From positions 1-58,681 of the IMG/VR virus record IMGVR_UViG_3300023174_000189: a DNA stretch of 58,681 nucleotides. One strand, given 5' to 3'. Of this stretch, positions 1 through 9,675 are shown one piece after another. Positions within the stretch are counted from its first letter, which is position 1; every line of letters begins with the position of its first letter. The position numbers and the translations under genes are program-made. The notes below the pieces were generated by a model. It did not search any database, was not told the DNA's origin, and saw only the letters and a list, made by a program, of their open reading frames with translations. The DNA is from a virus. Taxonomy: Duplodnaviria > Caudoviricetes.

Positions 1-50
1 CCTTGACTTCTTATGAAATCATAGACTTTTTCTTCAAGGCTTTTATTCAT
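1..50 (-). CDS. 5' fragment of a gene running off the left edge; probable fourth member of the adjacent metallopeptidase-like paralog array
   Basis: GGAG SD then ATG at 50; translates MNKSLEEKVYDFIRSQ, similar to the start MISKKDMIYDLVSSRG of 2196..3074. Confidence 0.5.
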   Translation of the reverse strand, partial: MNKSLEEKVYDFIRSQ

Positions 51-61
51 ATCTATATCTC

Positions 62-1168
62 CTACTTTAAGTTCTTCTTAACTACTTCCATAAATTTATC
101 CACCATAGGTTTTTGAGAGGGTTTAACAAGATTTAAAGTAATAAGGGTACACATCTCGGAAAAAAACTCTTCTTTATTTTTGGTGCTATATTGACTAGGA
201 CAATTTGACATATGAGAGATAGTTTTAGGATCAAGTCTAATCTCTTGATTTAACATATTAGTATAAATAAAGAGACCGTTTTCTATTTTAGTTAAATAGT
301 AATCCTTGTCATTTGCTTTTCTTACAGTCCAGTTCCAGGGGTAAGTCGTAGTATCTTTAGGATCGTAAGATAGTTTTAAGGGGTCAAGATTTAAATTAGA
401 TAGAGGGTCTCCTATTTTAGGTAAATTACAAACACCACTCTTAGCTTCCTTATATAACTTTTTAATATCTTCATTTTCAAACCCATTAATCATATATAGA
501 TCATGAAATTTATGTGCATATTCATGAATGAGTGTTATATATGTAGATATTCTAGAAGAATTAGGATTTAAAAAATAAAATACTCCCCTAAAAGGAGAAG
601 TATATAGTGCATCAGGAGTCTCCTCTGATTTGTGAAGTCCTTTAAAATCTTCACGATAACCAATAGTTATTAAACCATTAAGTGTTTTTTCAAACCCTTC
701 TATTTTAGAAGATAGTATCTTAGTAGTTGCTTTATGATAGTCTCTCTTAAAATTTTGTAGCTGATCTTCAGTTATATTAGAAACAAAATTTAATATAACA
801 TCACCCTTTCTAATTATTGTGTTTTTTACTTTCTTTTCATTTTGAAAAAACTTTTGTACACTTTCTTCTTTGATTATTCTAGGGTTTTGTTGAATGTCAG
901 GATCAAGTATTAAAAAAATATTAGGGTCTATTTTCAAAGCTAACAAAACAAAATCTATGTCCCTTTGAATTTTAAAAGTAGCATACCTAAAGGCATTGGG
1001 GTTTTGTTTTATAGCTTCTAAGACTATTTTTTTGTCATTTTTTAATGATGCTCCAGCATCTGCTAAAAATAAACCATTTTGTTTTACTAGTTCTAAAACA
1101 ATATCTTTATCATCCCATCTAGAATCACTCCAAGACATAGGAGTCCCTTCCCATATAGCAGTACTCAT
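62..1168 (-). CDS. DUF4116-like repeat + zincin (HExxH) metallopeptidase-like protein
   Basis: N-terminal DKDIVLELVKQNG / DKKIVLEAIKQNP repeats; HEYAH; distal SQYSTKNKEEFFSE motif of anthrax-lethal-factor-like zincins. Confidence 0.7.
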   Translation of the reverse strand: MSTAIWEGTPMSWSDSRWDDKDIVLELVKQNGLFLADAGASLKNDKKIVLEAIKQNPNAFRYATFKIQRDIDFVLLALKIDPNIFLILDPDIQQNPRIIKEESVQKFFQNEKKVKNTIIRKGDVILNFVSNITEDQLQNFKRDYHKATTKILSSKIEGFEKTLNGLITIGYREDFKGLHKSEETPDALYTSPFRGVFYFLNPNSSRISTYITLIHEYAHKFHDLYMINGFENEDIKKLYKEAKSGVCNLPKIGDPLSNLNLDPLKLSYDPKDTTTYPWNWTVRKANDKDYYLTKIENGLFIYTNMLNQEIRLDPKTISHMSNCPSQYSTKNKEEFFSEMCTLITLNLVKPSQKPMVDKFMEVVKKNLK

Positions 1169-1179
1169 ATCTGTATCTC

Positions 1180-2160
1180 CTAAATTAAGTTCTTCTTAAC
1201 TATATTTATAAACTTATTAGCAATATATAATTGAGAATCTTTCACCTTATTCAAGGTGATCATTGTACACATTTCGGCAAAAAACTCTTGAGGGTTAGTT
1301 GTCCCATATTGACTCGGTCTCCTAATCATTGAGTATATTTCCTCAGGAGTAAAACTCAATATTGCATCTTCACTCTCATAGACAAATTCTTTTATTACTC
1401 CACTTTCATAAATAATATCTGTAAGATAATATTCTTCACTCGCTTTCTTAACTGTCCACTCATATTCAACAGATTCAGGGCTAGAGGTATAATTTACAAT
1501 ATTTGATAAAGGGTCTCCTATTTTAGGTAAAGGTATCTTTTTATGTTCTTTCCCATCTATAAATTCGTTATATAAATTTATTATATCTGTATTATTCTTC
1601 CCCAAATACTCCCAATGGAATTTATGTGCATACTCATGTATTAAGTCACTCTCTCTATCTTTAGGGCTTCTATCCTCATCTACTACTAGAAATACAGACA
1701 TAGATCTAGGAATATACCAAGCATTATTATTCTTTCTCTGTCGTTCAAAGGAACTACCTTGACCTAGAAAACCTTTCATGTCATTCGCTAATTCTTTATT
1801 CCCAACATATAAGTTACCTGTTAATGCTTTATCAAAACCTGTAACTAATGAGTTCTTTATATACATCATTGTTTTCATAAGTTCTTTTTTTATATCTAAA
1901 GTACCTTCTTCATCTAGGTAAGAATATACAATGACAGACCCTAAGCTAAAAACAAAAGGATTTCTTACAGGTTTGTTTTTCCTAAAGATATATCTGTCTA
2001 TGTTTAATAACTCTTTAATTAGAGTAGGTGAAAAATCTTCTCTATTTATTAGTCTATGTTTTAGGAAAGTTTTTTCATCCTTAGTTAGTCTTTGAGTTTG
2101 TTTTTTCTTAACTATTGCTACAAGTCTTTCATCAGCAGAATCTAACATTCTAACTCCCAT
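1180..2160 (-). CDS. zincin metallopeptidase-like protein, paralog of 62..1168
   Basis: HEYAH, LPKIGDPLSN, SQYGTTNPQEFFAEMCT shared with neighbours. Confidence 0.7.
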   Translation of the reverse strand: MGVRMLDSADERLVAIVKKKQTQRLTKDEKTFLKHRLINREDFSPTLIKELLNIDRYIFRKNKPVRNPFVFSLGSVIVYSYLDEEGTLDIKKELMKTMMYIKNSLVTGFDKALTGNLYVGNKELANDMKGFLGQGSSFERQRKNNNAWYIPRSMSVFLVVDEDRSPKDRESDLIHEYAHKFHWEYLGKNNTDIINLYNEFIDGKEHKKIPLPKIGDPLSNIVNYTSSPESVEYEWTVKKASEEYYLTDIIYESGVIKEFVYESEDAILSFTPEEIYSMIRRPSQYGTTNPQEFFAEMCTMITLNKVKDSQLYIANKFINIVKKNLI

Positions 2161-2195
2161 CTAAGTATCTATATAGGGAGTGATATATAAAGATA

Positions 2196-3074
2196 TTACT
2201 TTAAGTTCTTCTTAACTACTTCCATAAACTCATATGCCACTCTCTTTTGAGATGGCTTAACTAATCTTAAAGTAATAAGAGTACACATCTCTGCAAAAAA
2301 TTCAACAGCATCTGTAGCACCATAACTACTAGGACACTCAATCATCTTAATTATCTCTTGCTTACTAAAATTTAAAAAACGACCATATTGATCTTGATAT
2401 ATATAATTACCATCTTTTATTGATTTGAGATAATACTCAGAATTACTTGATCTCTTTACAGTCACCCACCAACGATCACCCTTAAGAATATTAGTTAAAG
2501 GTGAACCTAAACTTGGCATCTTACTATAAACACACTCAGTTTTAGACATAGTTGCTCTCTCAAATAACTCTTGTATATCGTTATTCCTATACCCTTGTTC
2601 TATAAACCTATAATGAAGCCTATGAGATAACTCATGTACTAAATTATCACCCATCTTCTTAACATCTAATAACTTCACCACAACATGATCTCTTGATGGT
2701 GAATAATAAGCACCTGCATAAGATTCTATTTTAGACAAACCATGTTTCTCTATATCATCAGGAGTACCTATATAAATATTACCATATAAGACTTCACTGA
2801 AATTAGATATAGGAGAGTTGTCTATTAATCGCAAAGACCTTTTGAACTCATGAGAGATATCTTGTTTTTGTTCCTTTGTTAGTGGAGAAACAAAATATAA
2901 GGACATACCCTCTATTACTATCCTATTAGAGAATTTAGATTGTAATCTAATACTAGCAAATTCTATAAAAGAAGGGTCTATAAGCATAGCTTCAGATACT
3001 ACATCTTCATTATCACCATATAATTTACCTCTTGATGAAACTAGGTCATAAATCATATCTTTTTTACTTATCAT
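2196..3074 (-). CDS. zincin metallopeptidase-like protein, third paralog
   Basis: HELSH, SSYGATDAVEFFAEMCT, same C-terminus (VVKKNLK); start moved to ATG 3074 (MISKK) behind AAGGTG SD. Confidence 0.7.
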   Translation of the reverse strand: MISKKDMIYDLVSSRGKLYGDNEDVVSEAMLIDPSFIEFASIRLQSKFSNRIVIEGMSLYFVSPLTKEQKQDISHEFKRSLRLIDNSPISNFSEVLYGNIYIGTPDDIEKHGLSKIESYAGAYYSPSRDHVVVKLLDVKKMGDNLVHELSHRLHYRFIEQGYRNNDIQELFERATMSKTECVYSKMPSLGSPLTNILKGDRWWVTVKRSSNSEYYLKSIKDGNYIYQDQYGRFLNFSKQEIIKMIECPSSYGATDAVEFFAEMCTLITLRLVKPSQKRVAYEFMEVVKKNLK

Positions 3075-3139
3075 TTTGTATATCACCTTAAATGTATTAT
3101 ATAGTATATATGTATATATAAATAAAAGAGGTGAATTAT

Positions 3140-5986
3140 ATGTCATTTTCATCAATAGCGATATCTGCTAGTGCTAAAGCAGGTATACAATCTAAAGAAG
3201 ATGCTAATATCATTGAATTTGTAGAAGCCCCCTGGGGTCTAGGTATGACTTTATTCCCTGTTCAAAAAGTTATCCTTAAAGCACACTATGGTCTCGAACT
3301 CGATGATACTAATAAATTTAAAATCTCCGATTGGAGAAGAGAGAATTGGAAAGAAGTTACTGAGAAAGAATACCTTAAACATATTTATGACGAAGGTCGG
3401 TGTAATATAGGTGAAGTTATACCAGGTCATGAAAGAAGAGAAATGGTATTGTCGATTGGCAGAAGATCTGGGAAAACTACGATTTCTGCTTGTATCGCAG
3501 CATATGAGACCTATAAACTCATTAAGAAAACAGACCCCCAAGCATATTATGGTTTACCTGCAAGTAATAATATACAGATCATATCTGTCGCTACAGATAA
3601 AGACCAAGCAGGGTTGTTATATAATGAGGTGTCAGGTCACTTTAGAAATTGCTTTGCTTATGAAACAGAAGTAATTACCGATCAAGGTGTTAAGAAGATA
3701 GGAGATATTGCAGGAACAGAGCAAGTTCTCTTAACAAGAGATGGTAGTTGGGTTAAAGCACCTATACGATCTTTCGGTAAACAAAAGCTATATAAACTAA
3801 CCCTTATGAGACAAGGTGTTGTAAAAGAAATTTATACAACAGAAAACCATAGGTGGTATGCTAGAGATGCTAGAGCTAGATATAGGGGTAAAGGATTTAT
3901 AGAATTTACCACCTTAGACCTAAGAAAAGATAAGCATCGGCTTCAATCTGTATTCGGTCGTAGTTATAAGAACCGAATAGATGCTTCACCTTTTGGTATT
4001 GCACATGGATTTACTTATGGTGATGGCAGTACTAATAAAGGCATGAGAAATGCAAATGAAGTCCATTTAATTGGAGAAAAAGATAAAGCATTATTGCCTT
4101 ATTTCTCTATGTGTCCGATTAAAGAAAAAACATATATTAATGGAATTAAAGCATCTGCTTTACCTAATTTCTTTAGGGAACTACCTTCAATCAATGAGAA
4201 TAAAAGTTATTTATTGGGGTGGTTGATGGGTTATTTTGCAGCTGATGGGACTGTAAGTAATGGTCAGATAGATATGACTAGTGTCCATAGAAAGAACATT
4301 GAATTTTTTAGAGATGTTTGTATCTTGTTAGGGATCGGCACTTATGATATTAGGGAAGAAAAGAGAATCTCTAACCTTAATAATAAAGAGTTCACTATGT
4401 ATCGTATGAAGCTCATGCGACAAACATTAGATGAATCTTTCTTTTTAATCGAAAAACACAAGGAATCATTTTTAGGGGCAGGGGCAGAAGATGTAAAAAG
4501 AAAAGTTATTGAATGGGTTGTAAAAGATATTGAAGAAACAGATAGATATGAAGAAGTGTATTGTGCGACTGTGGAAGGGCATGGCAATTTTACTTTAGAA
4601 GGGAATATAGTAACAGGGAATTGTGCCTTCTTTGGGCCCTATACAGCAAACAACACACAATCGTATGCTCGTTTCCAAACACCTAAAGATGTAGAAAGAT
4701 ATGGTAGGTATATAGAAGACCCAACAGCCAAAGCGACCTTAAAGGTCACCTTTAGAAGTTGTGTCGCTAAAGGGCTTCGTGGTGCAGGTAATATTTGCGT
4801 TATCATGGATGAGATCGCCCACTTTACCGAAACAGGTCAAAGTGGTGCTGAAGAAGTCTATAATGCTGTTGTCCCTTCTACTTCTGCTTACTCACCTAAA
4901 GACCCCACTGATCGTAGAATCCCTGTTGGTCCTGTGGAAGGTCGTGTTATCTCTATTTCTTCACCTTTAGGTAAACAAGGTCTATTCTATAAGTTATTTA
5001 ATATCGGTATGCAAGGTGGTAAGGCTTCAAGTAATATGTTATGTGTACAAGCACCTACATGGGAAGTAAACCCCACTGTTCCTGCAACCGAATTTGAAAA
5101 ACACTATTTAAAAAACCCTACAGTATTCTTTACAGAATATGGTGGTGAATTTACAGATAGAACTCGTGGGTGGTTAGAAGATAGTAAAGATTTATATGCT
5201 TGTGTAAATCCTAAGAGAGTAGTTCAAGAAAGAGGTATACCTAGAAAACCATATTTTATGGGTATAGACTTAGCTTTAGTAGGTGACGGCACTGCTGTTG
5301 CTATTGGTCATGTGGAAGATGATAAGATCGTATTAGATAAGATAGATATGATTAAAGCAGGTGTGGGTAAATTTAGAGATAAAGAGAGATTAGATTTTGA
5401 TGATGTAGCAGATTGGGTGTTAGATTATACAAAGAAGTTTTATATAACTGAAGGAATATTCGACCAATGGGCAGGTATACCATTTGAACAAGCCTTAGCT
5501 AAAAGAGGGTTAAGTCAAATGAAAACAGTAAATATGACAAAGCAATTAACAAGTCAGATGTTTCAAAACTTTAAAGATATGATGTGGGATGAGAGATTGG
5601 ACTTGTATGATAAACCTAATCCTGATGTTAATGGGCATGAAGCATATTTAGAAGAATTGTTAGAGTTGCAACAGACAGTGCATAGTAAGAATTTAATCAC
5701 AGTAGAAGCACCGCAAGCAGATGGTAAGCATGACGATATGAGTGATGCTTTAGTGAGAATGATATGGATAGCGAGTCAAAATGTGGGGAGTAAGCAAAAG
5801 ACCATATATACAGCAGGTGGAAGTGGAGGTATGTATAGTCCTAGAAGAGGTGGAGAAATATATTTTGGGAGAACATCAAGTGCCCAGGGGTCATCGGTGG
5901 GAAGAATAGCACCTAAGGTACAAACAAGAGGTGGGAGTTTAAGAGAGAGTATATTAGGTAAGGGGGGATTTGGGAGAGGTAGATAA
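3140..5986 (+). CDS. terL: terminase large subunit (intein-containing)
   Basis: Walker A GRRSGKT, Walker B VIMDE, coupling ISSP, nuclease GIDLA and HDDMSD; upstream of portal; start placed at ATG 3140 after AGAGGTG. Confidence 0.92.
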   Translation: MSFSSIAISASAKAGIQSKEDANIIEFVEAPWGLGMTLFPVQKVILKAHYGLELDDTNKFKISDWRRENWKEVTEKEYLKHIYDEGRCNIGEVIPGHERREMVLSIGRRSGKTTISACIAAYETYKLIKKTDPQAYYGLPASNNIQIISVATDKDQAGLLYNEVSGHFRNCFAYETEVITDQGVKKIGDIAGTEQVLLTRDGSWVKAPIRSFGKQKLYKLTLMRQGVVKEIYTTENHRWYARDARARYRGKGFIEFTTLDLRKDKHRLQSVFGRSYKNRIDASPFGIAHGFTYGDGSTNKGMRNANEVHLIGEKDKALLPYFSMCPIKEKTYINGIKASALPNFFRELPSINENKSYLLGWLMGYFAADGTVSNGQIDMTSVHRKNIEFFRDVCILLGIGTYDIREEKRISNLNNKEFTMYRMKLMRQTLDESFFLIEKHKESFLGAGAEDVKRKVIEWVVKDIEETDRYEEVYCATVEGHGNFTLEGNIVTGNCAFFGPYTANNTQSYARFQTPKDVERYGRYIEDPTAKATLKVTFRSCVAKGLRGAGNICVIMDEIAHFTETGQSGAEEVYNAVVPSTSAYSPKDPTDRRIPVGPVEGRVISISSPLGKQGLFYKLFNIGMQGGKASSNMLCVQAPTWEVNPTVPATEFEKHYLKNPTVFFTEYGGEFTDRTRGWLEDSKDLYACVNPKRVVQERGIPRKPYFMGIDLALVGDGTAVAIGHVEDDKIVLDKIDMIKAGVGKFRDKERLDFDDVADWVLDYTKKFYITEGIFDQWAGIPFEQALAKRGLSQMKTVNMTKQLTSQMFQNFKDMMWDERLDLYDKPNPDVNGHEAYLEELLELQQTVHSKNLITVEAPQADGKHDDMSDALVRMIWIASQNVGSKQKTIYTAGGSGGMYSPRRGGEIYFGRTSSAQGSSVGRIAPKVQTRGGSLRESILGKGGFGRGR
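3650..4621 (+). mobile_element. intein with LAGLIDADG endonuclease in TerL (324 aa)
   Basis: Starts CFAYETEV, ends VYC...GNIVTGN followed by +1 Cys; internal GFTYGDG and GYFAADG motifs. Confidence 0.9.
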
Positions 5987-6034
5987 TTTATCTATTTATT
6001 GAGAATAGGTATAACATACAAGGAGAAGATAAGA

Positions 6035-6292
6035 ATGAAACCAAGAGAATTAGAAACAGCTTATGAGAGAGTGATCTCAAGAATATTAGAAATAAGTCAT
6101 GATGGTAAAAAAGATAATTTAAATCTTATACATAGCATAGAAAAAATGTATAGTTTAAAGGGAGGATCATGGGCAAAATTCTTTAGAGGGGATTCAGCTC
6201 ATGCTTCATTATTAAAACAATGTACTAAGAAATTAGTTAAAGCAGAAGAGGAAATAAATGACAGAAGAAGAAAAGCCCAAAACGGTAAGTAA
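6035..6292 (+). CDS. hypothetical protein between terL and portal
   Basis: ORF with AGGAG SD before ATG 6035; overlaps portal start. Confidence 0.6.
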   Translation: MKPRELETAYERVISRILEISHDGKKDNLNLIHSIEKMYSLKGGSWAKFFRGDSAHASLLKQCTKKLVKAEEEINDRRRKAQNGK

Positions 6293-8150
6293 GATAAATA
6301 CTAAGTCTAAGGCTAAAGTAAAACCTGTAAGAAAACTATCTGCTTCTGAAATGAAGTCTAGGGTTAAAGTAGCTATGTCTACAGCTCCTATGTTAGGTGG
6401 TGGAGGTAATTTTTACTCACCTGAACTTTCTACTGACTTTCTTGAATTACCACAATCACTAGATGAACAAAGGAACTTTTATAGGTTCTTTTATAGAACT
6501 GATCCTTTTGTTGGTCAAGCGATTGACTTACATACTGAATTACCTTTATCTAAAATTCGTTTAGGTATGCCTGTAGCTAAGAATAAAGACTTAGCTAGAA
6601 AAGCATTAAATTTTTGTGAAAAATGGGCTAAGAAAGTAGGTCTCTTACATAGACTTATTGAAATTATCCATGAATATAACTTACTAGGTGAAGTGTTTGT
6701 ATTCTGTGAAGATAATAATCCTGATATGCCTAAAGAAGTAACCCATTATAGGGTTACTAAACAATTAAAGAAAAAGAGTGCTGATGAAAAGAAGCAACCT
6801 AATAAAGAAGAACCTAAAGTAGAAGTTAAAGTAGAAGTTAAAAAAGAAGAAGCACCTAAAGCTAAAGAAAAAAAAGTAGAAATTAGTAAACCTAAAAAAG
6901 AAGAACCTAAACCTACACCTGAAGATGATGATATTAGATTAACTCCTGATGAAGTAGATGAAGAAGAACAAGAAGAATACGAAGAAGTAGAAGAATATTG
7001 GAAAGAAAAAGAAAATGCTCATGAAGAAGCATATGCTTGGTTAAAGAAAAATTATAAAGGTTGGACTGCTGTAAGAATACTCCCACCTGAACAAGTACAT
7101 ATGGAAGTATTCCCTTTTACTGATGAAAAGATTATAGAACTTATTCCTGACAGTAAAACAAGAGATGTAGTAGAAAGAGCAAGTTTAGAAGACCCTAATG
7201 CTTTAAGAGTCGCTCAATCTATGCCCCCTGATGTTGTTGAAGCTATTAGAGAAGGTAGGAACATACCTTTAAATACTGACCCTGAATTAGGTTCTTTTGT
7301 ATTTTATATGGCAAGAAAGAAATCTCAATATGAACCTAGAGGTCATAGTATCCTAGAACGATGTCTTCGTATTCTTATCTTTAGAGATAAATTAAGACAA
7401 GCACAAACATCTATTGCTTCAAGACACATGACACCTATAAGATTAGTATATGCTGAAGATATGGATGCTATGGATGTTGAGTCTTTAAGAGATCAAGTAG
7501 ACTTGGCTTTATCTGATCCTGACTATTCTATTATCTCTAACTTTCAAGTGAATTGGGAAGAGATGGGTGCAGATAGTCGTTTATTAGATCTATCCTCTGA
7601 GTATGATATGACAGATAGACAGATGTATGCAGGTTTAGGTGTAACAGAATCATTATTAAGTGGTGAGAGTGCTTATAGTGGAGATAGAATACACCTTGAA
7701 GTAATTAACACTCGTTATATGTTAATGAGAGAAATATTACAAGAAATGGTGGAAGAGAATATGCTTAAACCTATGTGTAAAAGAATGGGATTTATAGAAG
7801 AAGACGATGATGGTGAAGAGAGAGTAGTTCACCCAACATTAACCTTTACTCGTTTAGGTTTAAGAGATAATCAAGACACCTTTGATGCTTTGTTTAACTT
7901 ATATCAAAAGGGTTCTTTAGATGTAGGTGTGATTTTAGAGTTATTAAATATAGACCCTGAATTAACAAAGGCTAAATTGGCACAAGATGCTTTCACCTTA
8001 AATGATAGTACCTTTAATGAAGTATTGAGAGGTATATATTCGGCTGCAGGTAATAGTTTAGCTGAGAATAGTGATGCTATTGAGAAGATAGCTAAACATT
8101 TAGGATTGAAATATAGTAAACCAGCTGAAGGTGGTGGTGGTAGATTCTAG
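6258..8150 (+). CDS. portal protein
   Basis: Follows terL; FFYRTDPFVGQAIDLHTELPLS and RGHSILERCLR motifs, AGLGVTESLLSG clip/stem-like region. Confidence 0.82.
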   Translation: MTEEEKPKTVSKINTKSKAKVKPVRKLSASEMKSRVKVAMSTAPMLGGGGNFYSPELSTDFLELPQSLDEQRNFYRFFYRTDPFVGQAIDLHTELPLSKIRLGMPVAKNKDLARKALNFCEKWAKKVGLLHRLIEIIHEYNLLGEVFVFCEDNNPDMPKEVTHYRVTKQLKKKSADEKKQPNKEEPKVEVKVEVKKEEAPKAKEKKVEISKPKKEEPKPTPEDDDIRLTPDEVDEEEQEEYEEVEEYWKEKENAHEEAYAWLKKNYKGWTAVRILPPEQVHMEVFPFTDEKIIELIPDSKTRDVVERASLEDPNALRVAQSMPPDVVEAIREGRNIPLNTDPELGSFVFYMARKKSQYEPRGHSILERCLRILIFRDKLRQAQTSIASRHMTPIRLVYAEDMDAMDVESLRDQVDLALSDPDYSIISNFQVNWEEMGADSRLLDLSSEYDMTDRQMYAGLGVTESLLSGESAYSGDRIHLEVINTRYMLMREILQEMVEENMLKPMCKRMGFIEEDDDGEERVVHPTLTFTRLGLRDNQDTFDALFNLYQKGSLDVGVILELLNIDPELTKAKLAQDAFTLNDSTFNEVLRGIYSAAGNSLAENSDAIEKIAKHLGLKYSKPAEGGGGRF

Positions 8151-8749
8151 TAATTTCGGATTTTAGACATATTTAATTTAGAATAGGCATTTAAAGTATT
8201 TTGAAAATCATTAAATACTTCTAAGGGTTCATATAAGTCTTTGGGGTCGAAATCAAAAAAGATATTGGAATATTCATCTTCTGTTAATAACATATCATAA
8301 TTTTGTCTTAATTTTTGAGCAACATCTTCTCGGTATATATCAAAATCAAAATCTTTATAGAAAAGAACATTTAATTGATAGAGGGGAGAAAACCAAATAC
8401 CCCTACAATAAATAGTAACATATAAATCTCTCTTAACAAGAGTAGCAAAAAGAAAGTCATCATGAGATAAAGGATATACTTCTGGAGGAGGACTATCTGT
8501 CAAACTAAAACCTTTAGAAAGTAAATAGTCGCCAATCATTTCAAAAACTAATTGAGTAGCATTATAAGAGACAATAGATTCTGGTGTTATTTTTCTTTTA
8601 AATAACCCTAAAAACCCACCACCACCAATTCTTTTAGAAATTTCAAGAATGTCTTCATCAAACTCTTTCTTTTGTTGTGGAGGTAGAGGTATAGAAGGAT
8701 TTTCAACATAAGCCTTAAAGTCAATGAGATACTTTTTAATATCCTTCAT
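8147..8749 (-). CDS. hypothetical protein (convergent insertion in head module)
   Basis: 200-aa ORF with AAGGA upstream; no motif recognised. Confidence 0.6.
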   Translation of the reverse strand: MKDIKKYLIDFKAYVENPSIPLPPQQKKEFDEDILEISKRIGGGGFLGLFKRKITPESIVSYNATQLVFEMIGDYLLSKGFSLTDSPPPEVYPLSHDDFLFATLVKRDLYVTIYCRGIWFSPLYQLNVLFYKDFDFDIYREDVAQKLRQNYDMLLTEDEYSNIFFDFDPKDLYEPLEVFNDFQNTLNAYSKLNMSKIRNY

Positions 8750-8822
8750 AATAGATTTTCCTTGTATATCTTTTTTATATCTTTGTGTATAATAAGATTA
8801 GATATATAAAGGAGATAAAATT

Positions 8823-9170
8823 ATGATGTTTCGTAGAGCAATGGTAAGAAGAATCGCACAACAATTTGCTAATACTTTTTATAGCGAGATTGATAAAGTT
8901 GCCGATAGCAAATTAGCTAAAATGGGTTTTGTTATGGTAGTGTTAAAACATAAAGGTGAAGATTCAGCACTCGAACTGTTAGAATATTTAACTAAAAAAG
9001 AAGCTGACACTGACACTCTTACTAAATACTCTAAAACACCTGCACTTGTTAAACTTGTAAACCTAATAGACACTTCTTTAGAATATCAAGAATTTGTAAG
9101 ATATGCAGGTGAAAAGATATTTAATGTAGACGAATTAAGAGGTGCTACTGAAATTGCTCTTATGGAATAA
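8823..9170 (+). CDS. probable small head-associated protein
   Basis: AAGGAG SD; N-terminal RRIAQQFA motif shared with other head-region proteins. Confidence 0.6.
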   Translation: MMFRRAMVRRIAQQFANTFYSEIDKVADSKLAKMGFVMVVLKHKGEDSALELLEYLTKKEADTDTLTKYSKTPALVKLVNLIDTSLEYQEFVRYAGEKIFNVDELRGATEIALME

Positions 9171-9172
9171 CT

Positions 9173-9487
9173 CTATCTATAAAAATCTTTATTGCCTTCT
9201 TCCCATAAAGTATTCACAATTTGTTTTAAAGAATCTAAATTATAAGGTCTTATATAATGTGTTTCTGTATACCCTCTCAAAGATAAAACAATCTTATAAG
9301 AAACATCAGGTACTCCATTATCAAGAAAACCTTTATATAACACACTTGCTTTTAAACTTGAATTATAACTAAAAGCAAATAAAGGATATTCTAAAATAGA
9401 CCCTCTTTCTAAATGAGGTGGGGACATTAAGTTCTCAGACTCCAATACAAAACCTAGCTCTAAAAATTTATTTTTAATAATATTCAT
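9173..9487 (-). CDS. hypothetical protein
   Basis: 104-aa ORF with AGGAG SD. Confidence 0.55.
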   Translation of the reverse strand: MNIIKNKFLELGFVLESENLMSPPHLERGSILEYPLFAFSYNSSLKASVLYKGFLDNGVPDVSYKIVLSLRGYTETHYIRPYNLDSLKQIVNTLWEEGNKDFYR

Positions 9488-9675
9488 CTTATACTCCTAT
9501 ACAAAATAAGTGTTATATATTATACTTATACAATTACACCTCACCAAAAAATAGAGATTTATATGTTAAACATGATTATTTGTACAATACTATTTTCTTT
9601 ACTCATTTACATACACATAAAACTTTAAAGTATTTATATCTCACCTTATATTTAACTAGTATAAGGAATAAGTGT

